Virus record (IMG/VR): IMGVR_UViG_3300020045_005939
Span: 1 to 30,516 of that record
Length of the DNA stretch: 30,516 nt
Direction: 5' to 3' (one strand)
DNA from: a virus
Lineage: Duplodnaviria > Caudoviricetes
In this document: positions 1-7,645 of the stretch, in pieces
Layout: each line of letters starts with the position of its first letter
Position numbering within the stretch: position 1 is the first letter of the stretch
Translations under genes and position numbers: made by a program
Notes under the pieces: model-generated
The model's input: only the letters and a program-made list of their open reading frames with translations
What the model was told of the DNA's origin: nothing
Database searches by the model: none

Positions 1-2
1 TA

Positions 3-1295
3 AAGGACAATAAAGAACTTATAAACAATATAGGTTCTGTGCTTAAAGAAAAAATTGGTGATGAAGCTGCCATCAAAAGAACATTAGCAGAAAATCCAGC
101 AGAAGTAATGAGCTTTATTGCTCCTATTGTTGGTGGTGTTGGCAAACTTTCAGGGATCTCAACATTACAAAAAGCTGGATCAGTGTTAGACCCATTGTCA
201 ACAGCTGCGAGCATTGCATCTAAAGGCATTGGTTATGCAGCCCCTAAGCTTGGTTCTATGCTAGGTAAAGGAATCGCTACTTATGGCACTCATACAGGCT
301 CAGACACTCTTAATGATGCTGCAAGAGCTGGTGTTGTCGGTGGTAAGAAATTGGAGGATTTTACCTCTAATATGCGTGGTACTGCTGATATGAATGACAT
401 GGTCGAAGAAGCGGCGACGTCACTTAAAACAATGCGTAAAGAATCGCGCAACAAATACAATCAAGGTTTAAGTAATGTTCGCGCAGATACTACAGTATTA
501 GACTTTCAGCCTATTATTGAAGGCGCAAAAGAAGCCATTGCAGCAGGTAGATATAAAGGTGTTTCTATTGATTCAAGTGCTGCAAATATACAAGGCAAGA
601 TATTCGGTGAAATTAAGAAATGGTCTAAGCTCGATCCAGAAGAATATCATACTGCTGGTGGATTCGATGCTCTTAAGCGCAAAATTGGCGATATAAGATC
701 AACCACTCAAGCCGGTACACCTGCAAGAGTAGCAGCAGACACAATCTATCATTCAATAAAAAATGAAATAGTAAAGCAGCATCCTTTATACCGTGATGTG
801 ATGGAAGAATCAGCTAAACGTATAAAGGAATCTAAAGGAATTGAGAAGCAGTTTTCATTGAGTGAAAAGCAATTAGAAAATCCAGATACAGCAATCCGTA
901 AATTTCAATCTATACCACGTAACAATGCAAACACAAATTATGGTAATCGTTTACGTGATGCATTGAAATTAGAGCGTGCTGGCGCAGAAAACCTTGTTAG
1001 TAAGGCCAATGCACAGGCTTTAAGTTCTTTCCAGCCTAGAGGCCTTGCTGGTACGATAACAGGTGGTTTGGCTGGTCTTGGCATAGGAACAGGAAACCCA
1101 TTATTAGCATTGCCAGTCTTATTATCATCACCTAGAGCAGCTGGTGAAATAGCAGTAGGACTTGGGATTACAACAAGAAAGCTTAAAAATCTTGCTAAGA
1201 CAGCAGAAGGAAAAGGCCTTATAGCCGATTACCTTTATCGTGCTGATGCTTTGAATAGATCAAGTCGTCAAGGCGATTCTGAAGCTCGTCAATAG
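3..1295 (+). CDS. Probable internal virion / DNA ejection protein, 5'-truncated by the window edge
   Basis: The frame is open from position 3 (KDNKELINNIGS...), so GTG39 is probably not the true start. Ala/Gly/Lys-rich helical sequence with Gly-rich hydrophobic patches, lying just before the tail fibre genes as ejection proteins do in P22-like podoviruses. Confidence 0.6.
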   Translation, partial: KDNKELINNIGSVLKEKIGDEAAIKRTLAENPAEVMSFIAPIVGGVGKLSGISTLQKAGSVLDPLSTAASIASKGIGYAAPKLGSMLGKGIATYGTHTGSDTLNDAARAGVVGGKKLEDFTSNMRGTADMNDMVEEAATSLKTMRKESRNKYNQGLSNVRADTTVLDFQPIIEGAKEAIAAGRYKGVSIDSSAANIQGKIFGEIKKWSKLDPEEYHTAGGFDALKRKIGDIRSTTQAGTPARVAADTIYHSIKNEIVKQHPLYRDVMEESAKRIKESKGIEKQFSLSEKQLENPDTAIRKFQSIPRNNANTNYGNRLRDALKLERAGAENLVSKANAQALSSFQPRGLAGTITGGLAGLGIGTGNPLLALPVLLSSPRAAGEIAVGLGITTRKLKNLAKTAEGKGLIADYLYRADALNRSSRQGDSEARQ

Positions 1296-1377
1296 CATTT
1301 TGGTTCTTTTCTTGTTCGTTATCATAAATAGATGCAATTATCCAGGCTATGAAAAAAATAATGTATAATGTAGTCAT
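1219..1377 (-). CDS. Small antisense membrane protein, 52 aa (MTTLYIIFFIAWIIASIYDNEQEKNQNAIDELQNRLDDLIYSKHQHDKGNRL)
   Basis: Translated by hand (below the ORF-track cutoff). N-terminal hydrophobic helix plus a coiled-coil-like tail; fills the gap between two + strand genes. No clear SD. Confidence 0.5.
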   Translation of the reverse strand: MTTLYIIFFIAWIIASIYDNEQEKNQNAIDELQNRLDDLIYSKHQHDKGNRL

Positions 1378-1398
1378 AATTTTATTAGGTTAATCAGA

Positions 1399-2373
1399 AT
1401 GGCAAAGCTAAGTCCTGTTTTTAACGACGAACAACTAGATGATAATGGCTTGCCTCTTTCTGGTGGTGAAGTTATCTTTTATCTGGCTGGTACGTCAACT
1501 GTAACAGATACCTATACTAACAGCTCCGGAACGACACTACAAACATCGCCAATAGTTCTTAATTTTCGTGGTGAACCTACTTTTCCAATATGGCTGCAAG
1601 ATGGGTTGTCATATAAGGCAAGGCTGTTCGATGCTGACAGTGTTCTGATTCGTGAATACGACAATATCACTGGTATTAATGATGCATCAATATCCGCATC
1701 AACTAATTCAGAATGGACAGGTAATTATGATGCTACCTACATTAGCGCCACATCATTCTCAGTATTAGGTGATCAAACTACAATCCTTCATGTTAACCGC
1801 AGAACAAAAAGCCAAGCAACAGGTGGACTTGTCTATGGAACTATCACATCATCAACATTTGCTACCGGCATAACCACGATAGTCCAGGTTAATGATGGAA
1901 TACCATTAGATTCAGGATTAACAGAAACTCAATACGGAATATTATCTTATTCGCCAAAAAGCTTTCTCCCTTCTATACCTTCTGGGTCGAAGATGACTTT
2001 TTTCCAGGCTGTCGCTCCGGTAGGGTGGACACAAGATACAACACATAACAACAAAATGTTGAGGGTTGTTAGTGGTTCGGGTGGTGGTTCTGGTGGTAGT
2101 GATTCACCCATATTGATGAATAAAGTCCCAAGCCACACGCATACATTCACGACAGGCGATCAAAGTAACGACCATTCCCATACATATACTATCCCAAACG
2201 CAACGGCTGCCAGTTATGGTGCAGGAGTATTAAGTTCTGTGCCATCAATAACCTCTGCAAGTACAGGAGGTTCGAGTTCTGGACATACGCACGATGGTAC
2301 AACAAATGCCAATGGTAGCGCATCAAACTGGACGCCCATGTATATTGATATGATACTTTGCCAAAAGGATTGA
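1399..2373 (+). CDS. Tail fibre with N-terminal virion-attachment domain and C-terminal collar/HxH needle
   Basis: N-terminus DDNGLPLSGG..FYLAGTST...PIVLN.RGE..IWL is typical of podovirus fibre head-binding domains. C-terminus has IPSG..M.F.Q..AP.GW (collar-like) and HTH/HSH/HTH repeats as in T4 gp37/gp12-type tips. Confidence 0.8.
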   Translation: MAKLSPVFNDEQLDDNGLPLSGGEVIFYLAGTSTVTDTYTNSSGTTLQTSPIVLNFRGEPTFPIWLQDGLSYKARLFDADSVLIREYDNITGINDASISASTNSEWTGNYDATYISATSFSVLGDQTTILHVNRRTKSQATGGLVYGTITSSTFATGITTIVQVNDGIPLDSGLTETQYGILSYSPKSFLPSIPSGSKMTFFQAVAPVGWTQDTTHNNKMLRVVSGSGGGSGGSDSPILMNKVPSHTHTFTTGDQSNDHSHTYTIPNATAASYGAGVLSSVPSITSASTGGSSSGHTHDGTTNANGSASNWTPMYIDMILCQKD

Positions 2374-2374
2374 T

Positions 2375-2644
2375 ATGGAATTACAAATAGTTAAATTTTG
2401 TCCACTTAATGAAAATAACAAATGCGAAAGCATAAGAGACAATAAAATTTATAGATGTGAATGGTACGAAACATTGCCAGGTGTTAATTTACAAACTGGT
2501 GAAGTAAGTAATGAGACAAGGTGTAGTCTTAGATGGATACCAGTATTGTTAGTAGAAAACGCAGGCACTAATCGCGGTCAAACGGCTGCGCTTGAATCAT
2601 TCAGAAACGCAGTTGTACTTAGGAAATTAGAAAATGGCAATTAA
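2375..2644 (+). CDS. Cys-rich tail-fibre-associated protein (possible assembly chaperone)
   Basis: CPL..KC...C.W....G.N.QTG......C...W.P.LL.EN......AALESFRN pattern; starts 1 nt after the fibre stop codon. Confidence 0.55.
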   Translation: MELQIVKFCPLNENNKCESIRDNKIYRCEWYETLPGVNLQTGEVSNETRCSLRWIPVLLVENAGTNRGQTAALESFRNAVVLRKLENGN

Positions 2645-4517
2645 TATTCAAACATCAGAACAATATCAGGGTGTAATAGAATCAGCAGGTTCACCACAAT
2701 CGCAAAGCATTAATGGTGATACCAATATCGTTTCTATTTCAGGGAATACGCCTGCAAGAATTAATACGGCAAACATACAAGCTGCATTAAATTCAGGTGG
2801 CAATATACGCATTATAGGCCAGGGAATTGCGTCAATTAATGATACATTAACACTATATAACAACACCAATCTGACTATCGATGCTGGTTTGACATTAAAA
2901 CTGGCTGCTGGAGTAGGTAGAAACATATTTAAAACAAGTCAAATCAATGCGGCATCAGAGGCAACAGTAACTATCGCTTGGACTCAAGGTCTGAGAGCTA
3001 CCGTTACATGGACTGGACACGGTAAAGCTATAGGCGATTATGTATTCTTTCAGGGTGCTGACCAAAAAATGTTTAACGGCGTGTTTTTGATCGACTCTGT
3101 GCCGACAGCTGACACGTTCACTATTCAGCTCGACAGGGCACCATCGGCAACCGCAACCGGGACAATAACCGCAGTAACGCCAAATAAAAATATCACTCTT
3201 AATATCTATGGGACACTGGATTACGATAGTACCAATAACCCCAATGGCACATCATTATCAAAACTTGCTGTCATACTATCTGGTGTTAATATCAACATCA
3301 ATACCGCTAATATTAAAAATGCTCCAAAATATTGTATAGGCATAGGTGCGGTTAGACATGTAAACATCAACAATGTAACGTTCGGTCCAACATTATCAGA
3401 CGGAATCAAAGTTTATGGACCAGCTTACGATGTAAAAATAGATGGTGCTTATGGTTCTAGTGAAGATGATTTTATCTCGCTACAACCAAGAGAAGCTACT
3501 CCGTACATAGGTTATGTATGGTCGTATGGTGACATTATAAATGTTAGTATAAAAAATGTAGCCCCAGATAAAACCAGCACCAGTGCGACAATAACAATGT
3601 ATGCATGTGATGAGGGAGAATACTTAGATAACGTAACTCTTGAGAATATTGATGTTATTAACCGTATAAACATAGCTAGTAATGAAGGAGGAACGGCTGG
3701 CAGTTTTGGCAACATCATAATAAAGAATATCAAAGCACTAGATGATTCTGGTTGGGCTAATGGTGGATTAGGAATACGCATAAAAGGCACTGTTGCTGGT
3801 GTTACTCTACAGGATACTCATGGCTCATACTGGCAGAAAGAATTTATAACAGTCACTTCTACGGCGACTATTAAAAAATTAATGGTGCAAAATTGTTCGT
3901 TTTTATGCGGTTCAAATCATATTGTTAATAATGCAGGTGTCATTAATAAATTAACGATACGCAACAACAACCTTGATAACTTCTTAACTGGTTCATATTT
4001 AAGACTGGTTAAAAACAGCAAAACCATAAATTTTCTTGATGTACATGAGAACCGCTGTAATAAATTAACATCAGCTATAGAACAAGCATCAGGTGTTACC
4101 GCTGGTGGTGTCATTTCATTTAGGAATAACTATATATCAACGACGTACGGCATTTTTGAGCTGATAGAAAATTCAGAATGCATCTTCGAAGGCAACGTAG
4201 GAGACATCTTTGATGCTAGGCATATACTGAATATTAACGGCTCAGGAAAATCTGTAAAACTAACTACGCGAGATAACACCATAACTTTTGGTACAAGTGC
4301 TCTTTTTGTCAAAAGAACTGTTGGTAATGAGCTTGTATCTATTTTTGGATATGACATACCTATCGCTCTTGACATTTTGAATAGGGCAATTCCTGGGCAG
4401 ATAGCAAAAGCGTCAGCATCAATTGGAACAGTATTGATTAACGAAACATGCGTAAATGATACAACAAATGCGGCAGGTTCTTGGCATCAACTATCTAATC
4501 CTGCATTAGTTTATTAA
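2634..4517 (+). CDS. Tailspike / polysaccharide depolymerase, right-handed beta-helix
   Basis: NTANIQAALN motif at the helix start, SDGIKV...EDDFISL (GH28/pectate-lyase-like), and repetitive Asn/Ile beta-strand pattern. Confidence 0.75.
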   Translation: MAINIQTSEQYQGVIESAGSPQSQSINGDTNIVSISGNTPARINTANIQAALNSGGNIRIIGQGIASINDTLTLYNNTNLTIDAGLTLKLAAGVGRNIFKTSQINAASEATVTIAWTQGLRATVTWTGHGKAIGDYVFFQGADQKMFNGVFLIDSVPTADTFTIQLDRAPSATATGTITAVTPNKNITLNIYGTLDYDSTNNPNGTSLSKLAVILSGVNININTANIKNAPKYCIGIGAVRHVNINNVTFGPTLSDGIKVYGPAYDVKIDGAYGSSEDDFISLQPREATPYIGYVWSYGDIINVSIKNVAPDKTSTSATITMYACDEGEYLDNVTLENIDVINRINIASNEGGTAGSFGNIIIKNIKALDDSGWANGGLGIRIKGTVAGVTLQDTHGSYWQKEFITVTSTATIKKLMVQNCSFLCGSNHIVNNAGVINKLTIRNNNLDNFLTGSYLRLVKNSKTINFLDVHENRCNKLTSAIEQASGVTAGGVISFRNNYISTTYGIFELIENSECIFEGNVGDIFDARHILNINGSGKSVKLTTRDNTITFGTSALFVKRTVGNELVSIFGYDIPIALDILNRAIPGQIAKASASIGTVLINETCVNDTTNAAGSWHQLSNPALVY

Positions 4518-4521
4518 TTTT

Positions 4522-4686
4522 ATGAACATAAAAGAACCTTCAACAAAACGAGGCATAATCTGGATCATCACCGGCGCATTAGGATATGCCGGGTGGTGGT
4601 TCGGTAAGGACATAACACCTGTTATCCTCCTTGGAACAACAATAGCAGGTAGTTTGGGAGTTGCACTTGATGATGATAAGGATTAA
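4522..4686 (+). CDS. Putative holin, 54 aa (MNIKEPSTKRGIIWIITGALGYAGWWFGKDITPVILLGTTIAGSLGVALDDDKD)
   Basis: Translated by hand. Two hydrophobic segments, charged C-terminus and an EPST.RG N-terminal motif seen in small phage holin-like proteins; directly after the tail genes. Confidence 0.65.
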   Translation: MNIKEPSTKRGIIWIITGALGYAGWWFGKDITPVILLGTTIAGSLGVALDDDKD

Positions 4687-4688
4687 AC

Positions 4689-4949
4689 ATGCATGAACAG
4701 AGAGTTATGCTGCGACGTGAAATAGATAAACAACGTTTTGAACATTGCCCAAAATATGAAAGGCATGACCTTTCAGAAGATCAGATAATTGATATAGTAA
4801 AACGAATACGACAAGAGGATAATGCAGAACTTGGCGCATTTATAAAACAAACTGGCAAGGACTGGTTTCCAAAAGTGATTTTCTTTGTTGGTGGTGGAAT
4901 ATATCTCCTTATGCGCTGGTTTGAAAATCATGGGATAAAGATATTATGA
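4689..4949 (+). CDS. Membrane protein with C-terminal TM helix (possible lysis accessory)
   Basis: Soluble N-terminus, then VIFFVGGGIYLLMRW; follows the putative holin. Confidence 0.5.
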   Translation: MHEQRVMLRREIDKQRFEHCPKYERHDLSEDQIIDIVKRIRQEDNAELGAFIKQTGKDWFPKVIFFVGGGIYLLMRWFENHGIKIL

Positions 4950-5035
4950 AAACAATATTAAATGTAGCTATAGCAACGCTTTTGTTAATATGGATTACAT
5001 CAATATTGTCAATTATCATGCATTTAATGAGATGA
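4946..5035 (+). CDS. 29-aa single-TM microprotein (MKTILNVAIATLLLIWITSILSIIMHLMR)
   Basis: Translated by hand; ATGA overlaps at both ends (4946-4949 and 5032-5035). Confidence 0.55.
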   Translation: MKTILNVAIATLLLIWITSILSIIMHLMR

Positions 5036-5274
5036 TATCAAAAGAAGAATACCTTGATGCTTTGTGTCATCCTTTCGAAAATAAGATAATTGACACATGC
5101 CTGGCTATTCTTCTTTTTTGTATATCTATGGGATCCCTCGCTCTTGCTATTCATTTATCAATTAAGCCTTATCCTGTCTCATTAGGCTATAAGCTTTCAA
5201 AGTTCCTGATGGAGACTGACTCAACTGCATGTTACGGGCAAAACACTAAACAAAATAGAGATAAAAGCAAATGA
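5032..5274 (+). CDS. Hypothetical membrane protein (start revised from 4990)
   Basis: The in-frame ATG at 5032 forms an ATGA overlap with the upstream stop; one TM segment (CLAILLFCISMGSLALAIHL). Confidence 0.5.
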   Translation: MISKEEYLDALCHPFENKIIDTCLAILLFCISMGSLALAIHLSIKPYPVSLGYKLSKFLMETDSTACYGQNTKQNRDKSK

Positions 5275-5636
5275 AAAAACTATTGTTATCACTAACTTTA
5301 TTGCTTGTTATTCCACAAGCAGAAGCTTTGAGCCCAGGAATAATCTATAAAAATGACCCTTATTGCGGATTGTTTGGAGGCGCATGTCCTCAAACATTCA
5401 TGTACAACAGGACAGGTCAAAAAGCATTAGCCAGATACAACCCAACTGGGAAAAACTATTGTAATTCAGCAGCAATGAATGTCTGGATAATGGGCCATCC
5501 AAACAATGCTTATGGCATTGGGTTTTCTACTGAAGATTGGCAGGATTTGGAGATAGCTAAACAAAAAACAGGAGGTTATTACAGGTGGGGTTGCTGCTAT
5601 ACTGGTGACCCAGTAACAAAAACATGTTTACAGTAG
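5271..5636 (+). CDS. Secreted Cys-rich protein
   Basis: Sec signal MKKLLLSLTLLLVIPQAEA (AxA cleavage site); 6 Cys in the mature part; ATGA overlap with the upstream gene. Confidence 0.65.
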   Translation: MKKLLLSLTLLLVIPQAEALSPGIIYKNDPYCGLFGGACPQTFMYNRTGQKALARYNPTGKNYCNSAAMNVWIMGHPNNAYGIGFSTEDWQDLEIAKQKTGGYYRWGCCYTGDPVTKTCLQ

Positions 5637-5699
5637 GTTATACGATACCTACAAACGTATCTCAATAAATTTGCGCTTAATCACGGCACACGCTTGACT

Positions 5700-5743
5700 C
5701 TTGCTGTATGGTTGAAATATATTTTGCGATACCATACAGTGAG
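5700..5743. terminator. Hairpin between convergent operons (possible terminator or processing site)
   Basis: CTGTATGGT (5704-5712) / ACCATACAG (5731-5739) perfect 9-bp stem, extendable with G-U pairs. No classic U-tract. Confidence 0.45.
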
Positions 5744-5822
5744 CATTTATTGTTTAAACTGTGATAAAACAGCTCGGAGGTAACACCTTAAAGGTGCTGT
5801 GCCTAATCGCTTTTGTTATATA

Positions 5823-5852
5823 TTAGGTGTATAACATGCGTTAGCCACCTAA
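5823..5852. other. Tyrosine-recombinase-type (dif/Xer-like) core site
   Basis: TTAGGTGTATAA-CATGCG-TTAGCCACCTAA: 12-bp inverted arms (10/12 matching) around a 6-bp spacer, with TAA/TTA inner ends. Confidence 0.45.
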
Positions 5853-6610
5853 ATCGCACATATCGCGCAGCCCGTAAAAATATCTTCTTGATCTTCATTG
5901 TTCCGCTTTTTTCCGCCTTTGCTTGACCATATTGAGTAATTAATCTTTTTTTCAAGCTCTTGAACAATTTTAAAATGCTTTCTTCCAGTTTCGTCAAAAC
6001 TAAAAGCCTTTTCTTTCCATTTGTCGCCGCTTGCCAAGCAAGGGAAACATCCCACGCGGTCAAAACCATGTGAATAAAGTGGGTTTGCTTCGCCTCCTAA
6101 AATATAAAAAATATCTTGTTTTGACATATTAAGCACGGGAAGGCGGAAAGTTACACCTAATTTGTATAGGTATTTTGGGTATTTATTCAAAACATCGTGT
6201 GGAACATATAGCGTGTTGTCAATCTTATCAGCATACCGTTTCGCTCTTGCGTTAGACTCGCCTGCTCTCATCCCAAGCCAAACTTGAAAACCGCCTTGCT
6301 GTTCAGCTAAAGATTTATAGAATTTTTTGCTTGGAACTATCTTTAATTCGTCCGTGCAATGTCTAGCCCCTCCGCCCGGAAATCGGTTGTACTTAATAAC
6401 TTTTTGTTCAACACTTCCAGCAGTTATCCGTTCTATTTTCACCCCGTACAAATCCCGCATTTTATCAATATGCGCGTAGGTCAAAGGGTGCTCGAACTGC
6501 GTATCACAAAAAAGACCGATAACTTCGCTTTTATCGTATGACTCAAGAGCAAGCTTTAAACACGCTTGGCTGTCTTTCCCGCCAGATATTGGTACAACTA
6601 TTTTTATCAT
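5849..6610 (-). CDS. PAPS reductase family (CysH/DndC-like PP-loop) protein
   Basis: SGGKDS PP-loop, DT..E...T, R.CT..LK..P, G.R..ES..R, NPLY..GF.RVGC.PC and C-terminal CxxC. Confidence 0.85.
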   Translation of the reverse strand: MIKIVVPISGGKDSQACLKLALESYDKSEVIGLFCDTQFEHPLTYAHIDKMRDLYGVKIERITAGSVEQKVIKYNRFPGGGARHCTDELKIVPSKKFYKSLAEQQGGFQVWLGMRAGESNARAKRYADKIDNTLYVPHDVLNKYPKYLYKLGVTFRLPVLNMSKQDIFYILGGEANPLYSHGFDRVGCFPCLASGDKWKEKAFSFDETGRKHFKIVQELEKKINYSIWSSKGGKKRNNEDQEDIFTGCAICAI

Positions 6611-6716
6611 TTTGATCAGCCTCTATTTCCTCAGTAGCCCATATAAGGGTTTTTTCGTCCCAGTTCCACGGATTTTTTAAAACTAAATATGGATTTAATT
6701 CAATTACACATATCAT
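6543..6716 (-). CDS. Possible small hypothetical protein, 57 aa (MICVIELNPYLVLKNPWNWDEK...)
   Basis: Translated by hand; overlaps the PAPS reductase start. Confidence 0.35.
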   Translation of the reverse strand: MICVIELNPYLVLKNPWNWDEKTLIWATEEIEADQNDKNSCTNIWRERQPSVFKACS

Positions 6717-6752
6717 CTGCGTATAACTCTTAGTTCAAGCGGACAAGCCGCC
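6716..6752. other. attC-half / Xer-like recombination site
   Basis: GTATAAC-TCTTAG-TTCAAGC-GGAC-AAGCCGCC matches the R''-spacer-L'' layout of integron attC left halves. The complementary half was not found nearby. Confidence 0.5.
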
Positions 6753-6965
6753 ATTTAGCGCATTTTGTTCTTTTTCAATTTCAATTGATAATTGAAATAA
6801 TTGTTCTTTGAAATTATCCAATAAATCTCTTGTTAATGAGATAGATTTATATACCGTACTAGCTTTGTCAGTATATGTTATAAAATCAAGTCCTGAGTTT
6901 ATTTTTTTAATTGCTCTGTCTATTTCAGTGTAGCAATCTCGTACATTGTTATAGTCGTTATTCAT
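6735..6965 (-). CDS. Hypothetical protein
   Basis: ORF track; coiled-coil-like; its last codons (GGLSA*) come from the attC-like site. Confidence 0.55.
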   Translation of the reverse strand: MNNDYNNVRDCYTEIDRAIKKINSGLDFITYTDKASTVYKSISLTRDLLDNFKEQLFQLSIEIEKEQNALNGGLSA

Positions 6966-6968
6966 AAT

Positions 6969-7196
6969 TTACCTTTTCCATGCACTTCGTTTTTCAATGA
7001 ATCGCAAAATTTGTTTTGCTGTTTCATCATACAGTTCATTATTCGATTTATCAAGAAACTCAATTATTTTGTTCGCTATCAGTTCTCTTTCTTTGTGTGC
7101 TCCTTCACAATATGCAGCGTCAATTTGACGTTGATATGTAATGGTATCTTTGAAATAATCCTGTTCTTTAAATAATTTTGCAAATATGTTTGTCAT
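6969..7196 (-). CDS. Hypothetical protein
   Basis: ORF track; tightly packed in the - strand operon. Confidence 0.55.
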   Translation of the reverse strand: MTNIFAKLFKEQDYFKDTITYQRQIDAAYCEGAHKERELIANKIIEFLDKSNNELYDETAKQILRFIEKRSAWKR

Positions 7197-7208
7197 AATA
7201 ATCTCTAT

Positions 7209-7355
7209 TTTATATTCAATATTGCCTGGGTTGTATGAACTCTATGCCTTACGCCTTGGGAAGTGGGTTTTACATTGGGCGGCTAGATGTAAGGATTCCT
7301 ATCCCAATAACCAAGCTTACCCACCTCCTACACGAGTTCTTACATTGAATATAAA
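7209..7355 (-). ncRNA. Putative structured RNA, ~147 nt, family not recognised
   Basis: Four nested stems: 7209-7220/7344-7355, 7237-7242/7334-7339, 7259-7268/7319-7328 and 7274-7279/7303-7308. Two A-C mismatches on + read as G-U on -. Confidence 0.55.
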
Positions 7356-7384
7356 CCGTCAATCAACATAGATCACTAAATCTT

Positions 7385-7573
7385 TCATAATCTAGCCTTC
7401 TGGTTCTTGTCTAATTTCCACTCAAACCAATGATTAGGCACACAATCCTGGCAGACTTTAAGATTTAGTGTTGCCATTTCACCCAGCTTTGTGTTTCCGC
7501 ATTGTGGGCAGTATTTCTTTGATGATTCCCATTTCTTGTGAAATAAGAGCCATTTTATTTTTTTAAACATCAT
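7385..7573 (-). CDS. Small Zn-ribbon protein
   Basis: CPQC...CQDC. Confidence 0.6.
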   Translation of the reverse strand: MMFKKIKWLLFHKKWESSKKYCPQCGNTKLGEMATLNLKVCQDCVPNHWFEWKLDKNQKARL

Positions 7574-7643
7574 TTATATAATAAAAAATAAACATAAACA
7601 ATGCATAAAGTACAATAAATGTTATTAAACCTATCTCAATCAT
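7563..7643 (-). CDS. 26-aa TM microprotein (MIEIGLITFIVLYALFMFIFYYINDV)
   Basis: Translated by hand; fills the gap after dUTPase. Confidence 0.4.
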   Translation of the reverse strand: MIEIGLITFIVLYALFMFIFYYINDV

Positions 7644-7645
7644 AA

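Noticed and set aside
1947-4375. Several - strand ORFs inside the tail genes
   Set aside because: Antisense shadows of strongly supported + strand genes, with no motifs.
1399-4517. Diversity-generating retroelement or invertible tail cassette
   Set aside because: No reverse transcriptase, invertase or duplicated TR/VR segment was seen.
5803-6069. 88-aa alternative-frame ORF
   Set aside because: Nested in the PAPS reductase gene, with no independent support.
6721-6960. Complete integron attC site
   Set aside because: Only one half is present; no complementary L'/R' half was found within about 240 bp, and there is no intI.
7186-7371. 61-aa + strand ORF
   Set aside because: Opposite to the operon and lacking an SD; the region is better explained by the - strand RNA structure.
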